NCBI GenBank assembly: GCA_044225175.1
Contig: JBGAJA010000007.1
Location: 13,492-77,491, forward strand
From: Candidatus Omnitrophota bacterium
GTDB lineage: Bacteria; Omnitrophota; Gorgyraeia; Zapsychrales; Fredricksoniimonadaceae
Direction of reading: 5' to 3'
DNA length: 64,000 nt
The notes under the pieces are model-generated. The model was not told the DNA's origin and did no database searches. It saw nothing but the letters and a program-made list of their open reading frames with translations. The position numbers and the translations under genes were made by a program. How positions within the stretch are numbered: position 1 is the first letter of the stretch; the number at the start of each line of letters is the position of its first letter. Shown piece after piece: positions 9,336-22,417 of the stretch.

Positions 9336-9856
9336 AAGTCGGACAATTATTTCGTCAAAGAATTTCTACTTCAGTTAAAGAAGGTGTAACAAAGAAAAGT
9401 AATGCTTTTGTTGTTACTTGGTCTGGAATTTCTTCTGCAAAGATGGACTCTTTGCGTAAAGATTTGAGACGAAAGAAAGCTAGCGTATTAGTTTCTAAGA
9501 CATCAATAGCTCGTCTTGCTTTGAAGGAATCCAAATACGAAGCTTTAGCCAACCGTCTTAATGGACAAATGGCTTTGGTTTTAAGTGATTCGGATGCAAG
9601 TGAAGTTTCAAAAGTTTTGATGAATTTCTCAAAAACTTATGAAGGATTTGTTGTTCAAGGTGGTTTGTATAATGGTGCAGAATTAAGCCCAGAAGAAGTG
9701 AAAACATTATCAGATCTGCCTTCAAGAGAAGTGCTTTTAGCCCAATTTATCGGTACTCTGCAAGCTCCAATTACTCGTTTTGCAGGTGCTTTAAACGCCA
9801 AGTCACGAGATTTTGTCTCGATATTAAAACAGAAAAGTGAAAAGGGAGGAAATTAA
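9332..9856 (+). CDS. rplJ: 50S ribosomal protein L10
   Basis: [10 protein letters not shown] motif and synteny. Confidence 0.93.
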   Translation: MKVGQLFRQRISTSVKEGVTKKSNAFVVTWSGISSAKMDSLRKDLRRKKASVLVSKTSIARLALKESKYEALANRLNGQMALVLSDSDASEVSKVLMNFSKTYEGFVVQGGLYNGAELSPEEVKTLSDLPSREVLLAQFIGTLQAPITRFAGALNAKSRDFVSILKQKSEKGGN

Positions 9857-9857
9857 G

Positions 9858-10265
9858 ATGTCCGACACAGCCGTTAAAGAATTAGCCCCAAAATTAGAGG
9901 GGATTTACAAGGAAGTTACAGGTTTAACCGTCTTGGAGTTGGCCGAGTTGGTCAAAGCTATGGAAGATAGGTTAGGTATTCAAGCTGCTGCTCCAATGGC
10001 TGTTGCTGCCGTTGGTGCTGGTGGTGCTGCAGCTGCTCCTGCCGAAGAAAAAACATCATTTGATGTTATCTTGAAGGAAGTAGATCCTGCCAAGAAGATC
10101 GGTGTTATCAAAGAAGTTCGCGCGGTGACTAACTTAGGTTTAGCTGAAGCCAAAACATTGGTTGAATCAGCTCCTAAGACCATCAAAGAAGCTGTTCCCA
10201 AAGCCGAAGCTGAAGAACTTAAGAAGAAAATCGAAGCTGCTGGTGGTAAAGTAGAATTAAAATAA
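9858..10265 (+). CDS. rplL: 50S ribosomal protein L7/L12
   Basis: [15 protein letters not shown]; SD GGAGG before ATG 9858. Confidence 0.97.
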   Translation: MSDTAVKELAPKLEGIYKEVTGLTVLELAELVKAMEDRLGIQAAAPMAVAAVGAGGAAAAPAEEKTSFDVILKEVDPAKKIGVIKEVRAVTNLGLAEAKTLVESAPKTIKEAVPKAEAEELKKKIEAAGGKVELK

Positions 10266-10293
10266 AACAGCTTTCACTTCATTAACCAAGAAT

Positions 10294-10322
10294 ACCAGGA
10301 AATGGACTCTTCATTTCCTGGT
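10294..10322 (+). promoter_or_regulatory. Stem-loop between rplL and rpoB (possible attenuator or processing site)
   Basis: ACCAGGAAATG-gactctt-CATTTCCTGGT, 11-bp perfect stem; no clear poly-T. Confidence 0.45.
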
Positions 10323-10386
10323 TATCTGGTTTAAAGCGCCCGTCTATCTTTAGGGAAATGCTTAGACCATAAATCGGCGGAAAAAT

Positions 10387-13300
10387 ATGGACAAACTAAA
10401 AATCAAAGATTTTAGTAAATTCCTCGATAATTTTGAATTACCTAAATTGCTTGATATACAAACCATTTCTTATGAAGAATTTCTTCAAAGAGATATCCAT
10501 GCTGAAAAGCGTAAAGACCAAGGGTTGGAAGAAGTTTTTAGAGAAGTGTTCCCCTTAGAAAGTTATGACGCTCAAATTCGTTTGGAATATATTGGTTACA
10601 CAATAGGAAAAGAAAAATATTCACGCTTTGAATGTCAGCGACGAGGAATGACATATGCTGCGCCTTTAAAGGTAAAATTGCGTTTAATTTCACCAGTTGA
10701 TATTAAAGAGCAAGAAGTTTACTTTGGGGATTTTCCTTTAATGACTGAAACAGGAACTTTCATTATCAATGGTGATGAAAGAGTTGTTGTTTCTCAAATT
10801 CAACGTCCGCCAGGCGTTTCTTTTGAAGAAGAAACCCATCCCACTGGTAAGAGTATTTATCACGGTCGTATTATTCCTTCCCGCGGTGCTTGGTTTGAAA
10901 TTAAATATGATCTTAATGATGTTTTGATTGCATATGTTGATCGTCGTCGTAATTTTCCAGCGACACAAATTCTTCGAATCATGGGGCTTGCTAGCATCGA
11001 TGATATGAAAAAGTTGCTTGGAGATCAGGCGGATAAGTTAAAAAATACCTTAGAAAAAGATCATACAACAAATAAAGAAGAAGCATTGCTCGATTTCTAT
11101 CGTAAAATGCGTCCTACTGAACCTGCGACGGTAGAAGTGGCTGAAACGCTCTTTTTCCGTTTGTTTTTTGATCCAAAACGATATGATTTGAGTAAGGTTG
11201 GTCGTCACATTGTTAATCGTAAATTAAACACGAATGTATCTATGGATAATCGTGTTTTAGATATTGATACAGTTGCTTCCGTTATCAAATACCTTATGGG
11301 TCTTCGTGAAGGTATTGGTGAATGTGATGATATCGATCACTTGGGAAATCGTCGCATTAAATCTGTTGGTGAACTAGTCCAAAATCAAGTTCGTATTGGT
11401 TTGGCTCGTCTTGAAAGATCTATCAAAGAACGTTTAGTTGTTATGGGTTCTTTTGAAAATTTAACAGTTCACCATTTAATTAATTCTCGTTTATTTTCAA
11501 ATCAAATTCAAGATTTCTTCTCAAGAAGTCAATTGTCTCAATTTATGGATCAAGTCAATCCTCTTTCTGAAATGACCCATAAGAGACGTATGTCAGCTCT
11601 TGGACCTGGTGGTCTTTCTCGTGAACGTGCTGGTTTCGAAGTGCGTGACGTTCACCCAACTCACTATGGTCGTGTATGTCCAATTGAAACTCCTGAAGGT
11701 CCAAACATTGGTCTTATCGCTTCCTTAACAACATGTGCTCGTGTCAATGAGTTAGGTTTCATTGAGACACCATACCGTAAAGTTGTTGATGGTAAAGTCG
11801 GGAAGAAATATGAATTTTTGACTGCTGATGTTGATCAAAATAAATATATTGCCCAGGCTAACTCAACATTTGATGAGCAAGGTAATTTAACAGAAGCTTT
11901 AGTCGCTTGCCGATATAAGGGTGACTTCCCTCGTGTAAAACCTCAAAAGGTTGAATACATGGATGTTTCTCCCAAACAGTTGGTTTCTGTTGCAGCTGCT
12001 TTAATTCCTTTTCTTGAACACGACGATGCTAACCGTGCCTTGATGGGTTCTAACATGCAGCGTCAATCTGTGCCTTTAATGATTCCAGAGGTTCCTTTAG
12101 TTGGAACAGGTATGGAAGGTAAGGTTGCTCGTGATTCAGGCGTCATGGTCTTAGCTAAAGAAGCTGGAGTTGTAACTAAGGTTGATGGTCGCGAAATTAC
12201 AATCGGCAAAAACGTTTACACATTGAAGAATTTCCAACGCTCAAATGCGAATACCTGTGTTCACCAACGTCCTTTAGTTAAACTTGGACAAAAAGTTCAA
12301 GAAGGCGACGTTATTGCTGACGGTATTGGTACAAGTCATGGACGTTTGGCTTTAGGTCGAAATGTTTTGGTTGCCTTTATGCCATGGCGTGGTTATAACT
12401 TCGAAGATGCGATTTTGCTTAATGAAAAAATCGTCCGTGAAGATGTGTTTACCTCTATACACGTCGAACGCTTTGAATGTGAATGTCGTGAGACTCGTTT
12501 AGGTAATGAAGAAGTCACGCGTGATATTCCAAACGTTGGTGATGAAGCGCTTAAAGATTTAACTGAAGAAGGTATTATTCGTGTCGGAGCTGAAGTTAAG
12601 TCCGGCGATATCTTAGTCGGTAAGGTTACTCCTAAAAGTGAAAAAGAGCTTTCTCCTGAAGAACGCTTATTGCGTGCGATCTTTGGTGAAAAAGCCGCTG
12701 ATGTTCGTGATACTTCTTTAACTCTTTCACCTGGTATTGAGGGTGTTGTTGTTAATGTTGAAGTCTTCGCTCGTAATGAACGTGGACGTAAATCTAAACA
12801 AGATAAGGTTAAGGAAAATTCTGCAATTAACAAAATTAAAGAATATTACCGACAAGAAATCGAATTTATCAATGTTGAAAAAGATAATAAATTGAGCAAA
12901 ATCTTAGGTATTGATAAAAAGCGTGTTGGAAAATTAACTCTCGAAGATATCGATGAAGGTTCTGAAGCTCGTGAAGTTATGAGTTTCTATATGGATAAAA
13001 TAGCTCAATTGATGGAAGAAGAAGAGCGTGAGCTTGATTTAATTCGTCGTGGTGATGAGCTTCCAGCTGGTGTTTTGAAACGCGTGGTTGTATATGTTGC
13101 AACTAAGCGTAAGGTTTCAGTTGGAGATAAAATGGCGGGGCGACACGGAAATAAAGGTATTGTTTCTCGTATTCTTCCTGTAGAAGATATGCCTTTCTTG
13201 GAAGATGGCCGCTCAGTCGACATAGTTTTAAATCCATTAGGTGTTCCTTCTCGTATGAATGTTGGGCAACTATTGGAAACTCATCTTGGCTGGGCTGCAA

Positions 13301-13839
13301 AAATATTAGGATTTCATGCTGAAACACCCGTTTTTAATGGTGCTACCGAAGATGAAATTCGTAAAGATTTAAAATTAGCTGGCTTACCAGAAGATGGTAA
13401 GGCGGTTGTTTATGATGGTCATACAGGTGTTGCTTTTGAGCAAAAGGTAACCGTAGGTTACATTTATATGCTTAAACTTAATCACTTGGTTGATGAAAAG
13501 ATTCACGCTCGTTCTATTGGACCTTATTCGCTCGTCACCCAGCAGCCCTTAGGTGGTAAGGCTCACTTCGGTGGTCAGCGTTTTGGAGAAATGGAAGTTT
13601 GGGCTTTGGAAGCTTATGGTGCGGCCTATACACTGCAGGAAATGATGACCGTCAAATCTGACGACGTCAATGGTCGTAGCCGTATTTATGAAGCAATTGT
13701 CAAGGGTGAACAGGCTCTGTCTTCTGGAGTGCCTGAATCCTTTAACGTTCTTGTAAAAGAGTTGCAAGGACTTTGCCTGGATATTCGTATGGAGAAAGCT
13801 GAATCCGCACAATCCGAAAAGGAAGAGGCCAAACAATGA
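10387..13839 (+). CDS. rpoB: RNA polymerase beta subunit
   Basis: [29 protein letters not shown]. Confidence 0.99.
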   Translation: MDKLKIKDFSKFLDNFELPKLLDIQTISYEEFLQRDIHAEKRKDQGLEEVFREVFPLESYDAQIRLEYIGYTIGKEKYSRFECQRRGMTYAAPLKVKLRLISPVDIKEQEVYFGDFPLMTETGTFIINGDERVVVSQIQRPPGVSFEEETHPTGKSIYHGRIIPSRGAWFEIKYDLNDVLIAYVDRRRNFPATQILRIMGLASIDDMKKLLGDQADKLKNTLEKDHTTNKEEALLDFYRKMRPTEPATVEVAETLFFRLFFDPKRYDLSKVGRHIVNRKLNTNVSMDNRVLDIDTVASVIKYLMGLREGIGECDDIDHLGNRRIKSVGELVQNQVRIGLARLERSIKERLVVMGSFENLTVHHLINSRLFSNQIQDFFSRSQLSQFMDQVNPLSEMTHKRRMSALGPGGLSRERAGFEVRDVHPTHYGRVCPIETPEGPNIGLIASLTTCARVNELGFIETPYRKVVDGKVGKKYEFLTADVDQNKYIAQANSTFDEQGNLTEALVACRYKGDFPRVKPQKVEYMDVSPKQLVSVAAALIPFLEHDDANRALMGSNMQRQSVPLMIPEVPLVGTGMEGKVARDSGVMVLAKEAGVVTKVDGREITIGKNVYTLKNFQRSNANTCVHQRPLVKLGQKVQEGDVIADGIGTSHGRLALGRNVLVAFMPWRGYNFEDAILLNEKIVREDVFTSIHVERFECECRETRLGNEEVTRDIPNVGDEALKDLTEEGIIRVGAEVKSGDILVGKVTPKSEKELSPEERLLRAIFGEKAADVRDTSLTLSPGIEGVVVNVEVFARNERGRKSKQDKVKENSAINKIKEYYRQEIEFINVEKDNKLSKILGIDKKRVGKLTLEDIDEGSEAREVMSFYMDKIAQLMEEEERELDLIRRGDELPAGVLKRVVVYVATKRKVSVGDKMAGRHGNKGIVSRILPVEDMPFLEDGRSVDIVLNPLGVPSRMNVGQLLETHLGWAAKILGFHAETPVFNGATEDEIRKDLKLAGLPEDGKAVVYDGHTGVAFEQKVTVGYIYMLKLNHLVDEKIHARSIGPYSLVTQQPLGGKAHFGGQRFGEMEVWALEAYGAAYTLQEMMTVKSDDVNGRSRIYEAIVKGEQALSSGVPESFNVLVKELQGLCLDIRMEKAESAQSEKEEAKQ

Positions 13840-16800
13840 CAACAAAAATTGATATCACAAAACAAGATCGTATCACAATTAGAATAGCTTCTCCTGAAAT
13901 TATTTCTTCTTGGTCAACAGGTGCTGTTAGAAAAGCTGAAACGCTTAACTATCGTACGTTGAAACCTGAGAAGGATGGTCTTTTCTGTGAGAAGATCTTT
14001 GGACCTATCCGCGATTGGGAATGTAATTGCGGAAAGTATAAAGGTATTAAATTTAAGGGCATCACTTGTGATCGTTGTGGTGTTTTAGTTACCCGTTCTT
14101 CCGTCAGACGTGAACGTATGGGGCATATTGATTTGGCTTGTCCTGTAACTCATATCTGGTTCTACAAAGCGGTGCCTTCGCGTTTAGCTGCGCTTTTACA
14201 AGTTGGCTTGCGTGATCTAGAAAAATTAATCTACTACGAAGAATATGTCATCATTGATCCAGGTACTTCACCTTTGAAAAAGAAGCAATTCCTTTCTGAA
14301 GATGAGTATCAAGAAGCAATGGTCAAGCATGGTGGATCTTTCAAAGCCAGAATTGGTGCTGAAGCTGTTCGTGATTTATTGAAAGAAATTGATTTGACTG
14401 TTCTCACTAAAAAGTTACGTAAGGATCTAGCTGATGCTAATCCAACCGGAACTAATTTCAAAAAATATGCAAAGACATTAAAAATCGTGGAAGATTTCAA
14501 AGCTTCCGGAAACAAGGCTGAGTGGATGGTTTTGGAAGTTTTGCCCGTTATCCCACCAGATCTTCGTCCTTTAGTTCCTCTAGAAGGTGGACGTTTTGCA
14601 ACATCTGACTTAAACGATTTATACCGACGTGTTATTAACCGTAATAACCGTTTAAAGAAGCTTATCGATTTAAACGCTCCAGAAATCATTATTCGTAATG
14701 AAAAGCGTATGCTCCAAGAATCTGTAGATGCGCTTTTAGATAATGGTCGTCATGGTCGTCCAGTGTTAGGGAGTGGAAATCGGCCTTTGAAATCTCTTTC
14801 AGATATGTTGAAGGGTAAACAAGGGCGTTTCCGTATGAACCTTCTTGGTAAACGTGTCGATTATTCTGGTCGTTCTGTTATCGTTGTCGGTCCAGAGCTT
14901 CAATTGCATCAATGCGGTTTGCCTAAGAAAATGGCTCTGGAACTCTTTGAGCCATTTATCATTCGTAAATTGCGTGAAAAAGGTTTTGTGCATACAATCA
15001 AGGGCGCTAAACGTATGGTTGAGCGTGCTAAGATTGAAGTTTGGGATATCTTAGATGAAGTTATCCAAGATCACCCTGTTATGCTTAATCGTGCACCAAC
15101 GCTACATAGACTTTCTATTCAAGCATTCCAACCAGTTTTAATTGAAGGTAAGGCAATCAAATTGCATCCTCTAGTTTGTACGGCTTTCAACGCTGACTTC
15201 GATGGGGATCAAATGGCTGTGCATATTCCACTTTCTTTGGAAGCACAAATCGAATGCCGGCTTCAATTGTTATCAGTAAATAACTTATTCTCACCTGCTG
15301 ATGGTCGTCCTGTAATGTCTCCAACACAGGATATAGTTCTTGGATTGTATTATTTGACCAAGGAGCGTCCAGGGGCTGAAGGTGAAGGGCATTTATTTGG
15401 CAGCCTTAATGAAGTTAAAATTGCTTATTATGATGGTTATTTAAATCTGCATGCACGCATCAAGCTTCGTTTAGATGCCATGGTGTGGGGTCAAGAAAAA
15501 CCATCATTAATTATTAATCCTAATGCAAAGGGAAAGGCAACTGGAGAAGAGAGTAAGCCAAGTACAAGTCATATCATTGAAACAACTGTTGGCAGAGTTT
15601 TCTTTAACGACATCCTTCCTGAAAATTATGGTTATGTGAATGATTTGTTAGATAAAAAACGTATTGGTGCTGTCATTGCTGATTGTTATAAACGCTTTGG
15701 TCAAAATCGTACTGTTAAGTTGTTGGATGATGCTAAACAGTTAGGATTTGCTAAATCAACAGAAGCTGGTATTTCAATTGCCATGTCTGATTTAACTATC
15801 CCTGAAGACAAACCAAAGATTATTACTGCTGCTAAGCAAGAAGTTGCTAAGGTTGATGATCAATATCGCAAAGGTATTATTACTGGGCGTGAGCGTTACA
15901 ATAAAGTTATTGACGTTTGGACCCATACCACTGAAACGCTTTCAGACATGGTGTTCAAGAAGATGGATCCATTTAACCCTGTGTATATCATGGCTGATTC
16001 TGGTGCTCGTGGTTCTAAGTTACAGATTCGTCAGCTTTCTGGTATGCGTGGACTTATGGCTAAGCCTTCTGGTGAAATTATTGAGAACCCCATCACAGCT
16101 TCTTTCCGAGAAGGTCTAACCGTTTTGGAATACTTTATTTCTACTCACGGTGCTCGTAAGGGGTTGGCTGATACTGCTCTTAAAACTGCCGACGCAGGGT
16201 ATTTAACCCGTCGTTTAGTAGACGTTGCTCAAGAAGTTGTTATCTCTGAGCCTGATTGCGGAACGGTTAATGGTATTACTGTTGCTGCAATTACTGAAGG
16301 TGATGAGGTTGTTGTTTCGCTAAAAGAAAGAATAGTGGGACGTGTTGCTCTTGATAATATCGTTGACATTGTCACGGATACTCAAGTTGTTGGTGCTGCA
16401 GAAGTTATTACTGAAGAAAAAGCAGATATGATCGAACAATTAGGAATCGAAAAAGTTCGTATCCGCTCAGTTTTAACTTGTGAGGCTGATACAGGGTTAT
16501 GTGTTAAATGTTATGGTCGTAATTTAGCAACTCATCGATTGGTTGAAATCGGGGAAGCTGTAGGAACAATCGCTGCTCAAAGTATTGGTGAGCCTGGAAC
16601 ACAGTTAACCATGAGAACCTTCCACATCGGAGGAACTGCTTCTCGTACAATTGAACAATCCTTTATTAAAGTTAAACAAGACGGTGTGGTGAAATATCAT
16701 CAACTTCGTGTTGTTCAGCGCGGTAAGGAATTTATTGTTTTGAATCGTAATGGAGCTGTGAGTATTAACAATGAATATGGACGTGAATTTGAACGTCACA

Positions 16801-17939
16801 TTCTTCCTCAAGGTTCTGCGTTAGCATATTCTGATGGACAGGCCATTAGCAAAGGGGATGTTGTTGCTACATGGGATCCTTATACAATTCCTATTATCAC
16901 TGAAGCAAAAGGTAAGGTTTCGTTTGAAGATCTTATCGAAGAATCTACTTTCCAACGTGAAGAAAATCCTGTTACAGGGATTGTTGAACGCGTTGTTGTA
17001 GAACATAAGCAAGAATTTCATCCTCAGATCATCATTAATGATGATCAGGGAGAAGTTGTAGGGATCTATTCAATTCCTGTAGGCGCGCACATCTTAGTTA
17101 ACGATAAGAGTGGAGTAAACGCAGGGGAGTTGATTGCTAAAATTCCTCGTGGTGCAAGTAAAACGCGCGATATCACAGGGGGGCTTCCTCGAGTTGCTGA
17201 ATTATTCGAAGCTCGTCGTCCAAAGGATCCAGCTGTTATTTCTGAAATCGACGGGATCGTTGAATTCGGTGAAGACAAAAAGGGTCTTCGTACGATTGTG
17301 GTGAAAAGTTCTACAGGTATGACTAAGGAATACACAATACCTCATGGTAAGCACCCTAACGTTTATAAAAATGATCATGTCTTCGCTGGTCTTCAGTTAA
17401 CTGACGGACCAGTTGTTCCTCATGATATTCTTCGTGTTAGTGGGGATAAGGCGTTGCAAGAATATTTGTTAAATGAAGTTCAAGAAGTTTATCGTCTTCA
17501 GGGTGTTCGTATTAACGATAAACATATTGAAATTATTATTTCACAAATGTTGAAAAAAGTTCGTATTGATGATTCTGGTGACACCGAATTTTTAATTGGT
17601 GATCAAGTTGATCGTATAGTATTTAAAAAAGCAAACGAAAATGTTCTTAAAAAGAAAGGGAAACCAGCGCAAGCAACGCCGTTATTGCTTGGTATTACAA
17701 AGGTTTCTCTGACGACAGAAAGCTTTATTTCTGCTGCGAGTTTCCAAGAAACAACAAGAGTCTTGACAGAAGCAGCAGCATCTGGTAAAGTCGACCTCCT
17801 TCGTGGGTTGAAAGAGAACGTTATTGTGGGTCATTTAATTCCGGCGGGGACTGGAATTAGCGAATATAACAAAATTGAAATGGTGAAATATGCCGACGAT
17901 ATCACAGTTAATCAGACACCGCAGACAGCTGAAAATTAA
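13836..17939 (+). CDS. rpoC: RNA polymerase beta' subunit
   Basis: Catalytic NADFDGD motif, Zn-binding cysteines. Confidence 0.99.
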   Translation: MTTKIDITKQDRITIRIASPEIISSWSTGAVRKAETLNYRTLKPEKDGLFCEKIFGPIRDWECNCGKYKGIKFKGITCDRCGVLVTRSSVRRERMGHIDLACPVTHIWFYKAVPSRLAALLQVGLRDLEKLIYYEEYVIIDPGTSPLKKKQFLSEDEYQEAMVKHGGSFKARIGAEAVRDLLKEIDLTVLTKKLRKDLADANPTGTNFKKYAKTLKIVEDFKASGNKAEWMVLEVLPVIPPDLRPLVPLEGGRFATSDLNDLYRRVINRNNRLKKLIDLNAPEIIIRNEKRMLQESVDALLDNGRHGRPVLGSGNRPLKSLSDMLKGKQGRFRMNLLGKRVDYSGRSVIVVGPELQLHQCGLPKKMALELFEPFIIRKLREKGFVHTIKGAKRMVERAKIEVWDILDEVIQDHPVMLNRAPTLHRLSIQAFQPVLIEGKAIKLHPLVCTAFNADFDGDQMAVHIPLSLEAQIECRLQLLSVNNLFSPADGRPVMSPTQDIVLGLYYLTKERPGAEGEGHLFGSLNEVKIAYYDGYLNLHARIKLRLDAMVWGQEKPSLIINPNAKGKATGEESKPSTSHIIETTVGRVFFNDILPENYGYVNDLLDKKRIGAVIADCYKRFGQNRTVKLLDDAKQLGFAKSTEAGISIAMSDLTIPEDKPKIITAAKQEVAKVDDQYRKGIITGRERYNKVIDVWTHTTETLSDMVFKKMDPFNPVYIMADSGARGSKLQIRQLSGMRGLMAKPSGEIIENPITASFREGLTVLEYFISTHGARKGLADTALKTADAGYLTRRLVDVAQEVVISEPDCGTVNGITVAAITEGDEVVVSLKERIVGRVALDNIVDIVTDTQVVGAAEVITEEKADMIEQLGIEKVRIRSVLTCEADTGLCVKCYGRNLATHRLVEIGEAVGTIAAQSIGEPGTQLTMRTFHIGGTASRTIEQSFIKVKQDGVVKYHQLRVVQRGKEFIVLNRNGAVSINNEYGREFERHILPQGSALAYSDGQAISKGDVVATWDPYTIPIITEAKGKVSFEDLIEESTFQREENPVTGIVERVVVEHKQEFHPQIIINDDQGEVVGIYSIPVGAHILVNDKSGVNAGELIAKIPRGASKTRDITGGLPRVAELFEARRPKDPAVISEIDGIVEFGEDKKGLRTIVVKSSTGMTKEYTIPHGKHPNVYKNDHVFAGLQLTDGPVVPHDILRVSGDKALQEYLLNEVQEVYRLQGVRINDKHIEIIISQMLKKVRIDDSGDTEFLIGDQVDRIVFKKANENVLKKKGKPAQATPLLLGITKVSLTTESFISAASFQETTRVLTEAAASGKVDLLRGLKENVIVGHLIPAGTGISEYNKIEMVKYADDITVNQTPQTAEN

Positions 17940-18267
17940 GCGCAGCAAATCTCCTGCCTTGACCAGTTGTCCACAACGACGTGGTGTTTGTTTGCAGGTT
18001 AAAACAATGACGCCAAAGAAGCCGAATTCGGCGTTACGTAAAATTGCTCGGGTACGTCTATCTAATAAAATTGAAGTTACATCGTATATTCCTGGAGAAG
18101 GTCATAATTTACAGGAGCACTCAATTGTATTAGTTCGTGGTGGACGTGTTAAAGATTTGCCAGGTGTGCGTTATCACATTGTACGTGGTACACTTGATAC
18201 TTCAGGCGTTGCTAATCGTAATAAAAGCCGTTCCAAATATGGAACAAAGAAACCTAAAGGTAAATAA
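17890..18267 (+). CDS. rpsL: 30S ribosomal protein S12
   Basis: [27 protein letters not shown]. Confidence 0.98.
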   Translation: MPTISQLIRHRRQLKIKRSKSPALTSCPQRRGVCLQVKTMTPKKPNSALRKIARVRLSNKIEVTSYIPGEGHNLQEHSIVLVRGGRVKDLPGVRYHIVRGTLDTSGVANRNKSRSKYGTKKPKGK

Positions 18268-18271
18268 GTAA

Positions 18272-18742
18272 ATGAGAAGACATCGTGCAGAAAAAAGAAA
18301 AGTTCCTGGAGATCCTAAATACAACAGTGATTTGGTGACTCGTATGGTTTCAATCATTATGACCGAAGGTAAAAAAACAATCGCTGAGCGAATTGTTTAT
18401 AACGCTTTAGACATTTTGAAAGAGAAAACTCAAGAAGAAACTGCAATTAAAGCTTTAAATAAAGCTATTGATAATGTTCGTCCACGCCTGGAAGTTAAAG
18501 CTCGTCGTGTTGGTGGTGCAACATATCAAGTGCCAACAGATGTGGTTCCGGCTCGTGGAATGGCTTTAGCAATGCGCTGGATTCGTGATTATGCTCGTAA
18601 TAAAAAAGGTAAACCAATGGACGTTAAATTAGCTGAAGAATTAGTCTCGGCTTATAAATCTGAAGGTCCAGCAATTAAAAAACGTGATGAAGTTCATAAG
18701 ATGGCTGAGGCCAACAGAGCTTTTAGTCACTTGAGATGGTAA
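18272..18742 (+). CDS. rpsG: 30S ribosomal protein S7
   Basis: RRVGGATYQVP, HKMAEANRAF. Confidence 0.98.
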   Translation: MRRHRAEKRKVPGDPKYNSDLVTRMVSIIMTEGKKTIAERIVYNALDILKEKTQEETAIKALNKAIDNVRPRLEVKARRVGGATYQVPTDVVPARGMALAMRWIRDYARNKKGKPMDVKLAEELVSAYKSEGPAIKKRDEVHKMAEANRAFSHLRW

Positions 18743-18748
18743 AATAAT

Positions 18749-20851
18749 ATGGCCTCCAATACAATTCCCCTCAATAAGTTTCGTAATTTCGGTATCATCG
18801 CTCACATCGATGCTGGTAAAACTACAACCACTGAGCGTATTCTTTATTATTCTGGCGCTATCCATCGCATGGGTAATATTGATGATGGAAATACCACCAT
18901 GGATACCATGGCTCAGGAGCAGGAACGAGGTATTACCATTACTGCAGCTGCTATTACTACTTTCTGGCGTGATCACCGTTTAAATATTATCGATACTCCT
19001 GGACACGTTGATTTTACAATTGAAGTTGAGCGTTCTTTAAAAGTTCTTGATGGTTGCGTTATCGTTTTGTGCGGATGTTCTGGTGTCCAGCCACAAACAG
19101 AAACAGTATATCGCCAAGCAGATAAATACGCCGTACCTCGTATTTGCTTTATTAACAAAATCGATCGTTTGGGTGCTGATTTTGATCGTGTACTTGGTGA
19201 AATGCGTGAACGCTTTGGTGCGAATGCAGCTGGTATTGAATTTCCTGACGGAACAGAAGATAAATTTAAAGGTATTATTGATATTATTAATGAAGAATAT
19301 ATTCAATACACTGATAAAGATGGTATGGAATTTGATCGCCTGCCTTTGCCTGAAGAATTTAAAGAAAGAACTGCAAAATATAAACTTGAATTAATTGAAA
19401 GATTAGCTGATGTTGATGATGAAATGGCTGACTTGTTCTTAAATGGTAAGGAACCAACCAAAGACCAATTAATGAAAGCTATTCGTCGTACTGTTATTGC
19501 ATGTAAATTTATTCCTGTATTAGTTGGAACAGCTCTTAGAAATAGAGGAGTCCAGATGGTTTTGGACGCAATCGTAGATTACTTACCAAGTCCTATTGAA
19601 AAATCTGCGATGAAGGGGCATGATCCTGATGATAAAGAAAAAGTGATTGAATTAAAATCAGATTCTAATCTACCTCCTGTAGGACTTGTATTTAAAATAG
19701 CCTCCGACCCTTATGTAGGAAAGATTTTTTTCACACGTGTTTATCAAGGCACCTTTGTTCCTGGTCAAAATTATTTAAATTCTTCTAATGGAAAACAAGA
19801 AAAAATTGCCAAAATTGTTTTGATGCACTCTAACAAGCAAGAAATTATTTCTTCTGCATCAGCAGGAGAGATTGTTGCTTTGGTAGGTTTAAAAGAATCT
19901 AAATCTGGTGATACGCTATGCGCCGAAAATACACCTATTTTATTGGAAGGTTTAAAACCACCTGAAGCTGTCGTGTCTTTGGCTATTGAGCCAAAAACGA
20001 AAGCTGATCAAGATAAAATGGGTATGGTCTTGCGTAAGTTCTTAGATGAAGATCCTTCATTGCGCGTAAAATTTGATACAGAAACATCACAAACAATTAT
20101 TTCTGGAATGGGTGAATTGCATTTGGAAATTATTGTTGATCGTATGAAGCGTGAAAATAATTTGGATGCAAATGTTGGTCGCCCTGAAGTTGCGTACAAA
20201 GAAGCGATCACTAAAAAGGTCGATGATATCGTTGGAAAATATGTTCAACAAAGCGGTGGTCGTGGAAAATATGGTCATTGCGTTATTAATGTTGAACCTG
20301 GCGAACCTGGAACTGGCTTTGTCTTCGTCGACAAAATTAGAGGGGGAGCAATCCCACGCGAATTTATCAAGCCTATAAAAGAAGGTATTGAAATTGGCGC
20401 ACAAAATGGTATACTTGCGGGCTATCCAGTTACAGATTTCACTGTAACCTTGATAGATGGTTCGTATCACGATGTTGACTCTGATGAAATGTCATTCAAA
20501 TTGGCAGGAAAGCAAGCAATTAAAGAAGCTTTTCGTAAGGCGAATACAGTATTTCAAGAACCAATTATGAAGTTAGAAATTACGGTCCCAGAAGATTATT
20601 GGGGAAATGTCATTGGAGATTTAATGACACGTCGTGCTCAGATTAAAGAAACAGGCAATCGGGGTGCTTTAAAGACAGCAATTGCAAATGTTCCTTTATC
20701 AGAAATGTTTGGCTACGCGAATGCGCTGCGGTCTCTCACGCAGGGACGCGCATCATTCTCAATGGAACCTTCGTTTTACGCTCAGGTTCCTAATCAACTC
20801 GCTGAAAAGATCATAGGCGCTCGTCAAGAGTTCGCCGCAAGAAACAACTAA
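18749..20851 (+). CDS. fusA: Elongation factor G
   Basis: AHIDAGKTT, RGITI, DTPGHVDF, NKID. Confidence 0.98.
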   Translation: MASNTIPLNKFRNFGIIAHIDAGKTTTTERILYYSGAIHRMGNIDDGNTTMDTMAQEQERGITITAAAITTFWRDHRLNIIDTPGHVDFTIEVERSLKVLDGCVIVLCGCSGVQPQTETVYRQADKYAVPRICFINKIDRLGADFDRVLGEMRERFGANAAGIEFPDGTEDKFKGIIDIINEEYIQYTDKDGMEFDRLPLPEEFKERTAKYKLELIERLADVDDEMADLFLNGKEPTKDQLMKAIRRTVIACKFIPVLVGTALRNRGVQMVLDAIVDYLPSPIEKSAMKGHDPDDKEKVIELKSDSNLPPVGLVFKIASDPYVGKIFFTRVYQGTFVPGQNYLNSSNGKQEKIAKIVLMHSNKQEIISSASAGEIVALVGLKESKSGDTLCAENTPILLEGLKPPEAVVSLAIEPKTKADQDKMGMVLRKFLDEDPSLRVKFDTETSQTIISGMGELHLEIIVDRMKRENNLDANVGRPEVAYKEAITKKVDDIVGKYVQQSGGRGKYGHCVINVEPGEPGTGFVFVDKIRGGAIPREFIKPIKEGIEIGAQNGILAGYPVTDFTVTLIDGSYHDVDSDEMSFKLAGKQAIKEAFRKANTVFQEPIMKLEITVPEDYWGNVIGDLMTRRAQIKETGNRGALKTAIANVPLSEMFGYANALRSLTQGRASFSMEPSFYAQVPNQLAEKIIGARQEFAARNN

Positions 20852-20903
20852 AATATCTGATATTAAAATATAAAAGATAACAAAATACTCAGGAGGATTA
20901 GCA

Positions 20904-22100
20904 ATGGCAAAAGAAAAATTTGAACGTAATAAACCTCATATTAACATCGGAACCATTGGTCACGTTGATCATGGTAAGACAACATTGTCCGCTGCTATCG
21001 CAACTGTTTTAAGTAAAAAAGGTTTAGCTCAAGCTCGCGCATATGATTCTATTGATAATGCTCCTGAAGAAAAAGAGCGTGGTGTTACAATTAATATTTC
21101 ACATTTGGAATATGAAACAGAAGGTCGCCATTATGCTCACATTGACTGTCCAGGGCATGCTGACTATATCAAAAATATGATTACTGGTGCTGCTCAAATG
21201 GATGGAGCAATTCTCGTCGTATCCGCAACTGATGGTCCAATGCCACAAACACGTGAACATATTCTTTTAGCTCGTCAAGTTAACGTTCCTCGTATTGTTG
21301 TCTTCATGAACAAATGCGATCAAGTCGAAGATAAAGAATTGTTGGATCTTGTTGAACTAGAGGTTCGCGACTTATTAACAAAGTATAAATTTGATGGTGA
21401 CAACACACCAATTATCCGCGGCTCCGCATTAGAAGCTCTAAACAATCCTACTGATTTTGAAGGTAAAGCTAAACCAATCCTTGATTTAATGAAAGCTGTT
21501 GATGATTATATTCCAGCTCCTTTACGTGAGCTTGATAAACCTTTCATCATGGCTGTCGAAGACGTTTTCACCATCTCTGGTCGTGGAACAGTTGCCACCG
21601 GACGTGTTGAACGTGGACGTGTCAAAGTTGGCGAAGAAGTTGAATTAATTGGTTTGCGTCCAGACATTAAAAACGTTGTTGTAACTGGCGTTGAAATGTT
21701 CCGTAAGGAATTGGATGAAGGTCAAGCAGGTGATAATCTTGGTTTATTACTTCGTGGTGTTACAAAAGAAGATGTAGAACGGGGTCAAGTTTTAGCTGCT
21801 AAAGGCTGTATTAAACCACATACAAAATTCAAGGCATCTGTTTATATTTTAACTAAAGAAGAAGGCGGTAGACATACCCCATTCTTTAAAGGATACCGTC
21901 CTCAGTTTTATTTCAGAACAACTGACGTTACTGGAACAGCAGAGTTGCCAGCTGGTGTAGAAATGTGTATGCCAGGGGATAATGTTGTTTTAGAAATTGA
22001 ATTAATTGCACCTGTTGCTATGGATAAAGAATTACGTTTTGCTATCCGTGAAGGTGGACGCACCGTTGGTGCCGGCGTTATTTCGGAGATCATCAAGTAA
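20904..22100 (+). CDS. tuf: Elongation factor Tu
   Basis: [17 protein letters not shown]. Confidence 0.99.
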   Translation: MAKEKFERNKPHINIGTIGHVDHGKTTLSAAIATVLSKKGLAQARAYDSIDNAPEEKERGVTINISHLEYETEGRHYAHIDCPGHADYIKNMITGAAQMDGAILVVSATDGPMPQTREHILLARQVNVPRIVVFMNKCDQVEDKELLDLVELEVRDLLTKYKFDGDNTPIIRGSALEALNNPTDFEGKAKPILDLMKAVDDYIPAPLRELDKPFIMAVEDVFTISGRGTVATGRVERGRVKVGEEVELIGLRPDIKNVVVTGVEMFRKELDEGQAGDNLGLLLRGVTKEDVERGQVLAAKGCIKPHTKFKASVYILTKEEGGRHTPFFKGYRPQFYFRTTDVTGTAELPAGVEMCMPGDNVVLEIELIAPVAMDKELRFAIREGGRTVGAGVISEIIK

Positions 22101-22402
22101 TGCAAAAAATACGCATAAAACTCAAAGCATTTGATCATCGTTTGATTGATCAATCAACACAAGAAATTGTTGATACAGCAATTCGTACTGGTGCGCAAGT
22201 TTTGGGACCCGTGCCTTTGCCAACGAAGAAAGAATTGTTTACTGTTCTTCGTTCACCGGTCATCGATAAGAAAAGCCGCGAACAATTTCAGTTAGCCACA
22301 CATAAACGTTTAATAGATTTAGTTAATCCCACATCTAAAACAGTTGAAGCTTTACGTAAGTTAAACTTACCTGCTGGTGTTGATGTTGAGATCAAACAGT
22401 AA
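22100..22402 (+). CDS. rpsJ: 30S ribosomal protein S10
   Basis: [15 protein letters not shown]. Confidence 0.98.
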   Translation: MQKIRIKLKAFDHRLIDQSTQEIVDTAIRTGAQVLGPVPLPTKKELFTVLRSPVIDKKSREQFQLATHKRLIDLVNPTSKTVEALRKLNLPAGVDVEIKQ

Positions 22403-22417
22403 TTTAAGGAGCTTGTC

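Noticed and set aside
11520-11620. Resistance alleles in the RpoB rifampicin region (and S12)
   Set aside because: Key residues look wild type (SQFMDQ..THKRR.SALG; PKKPNS, RVKDLP).
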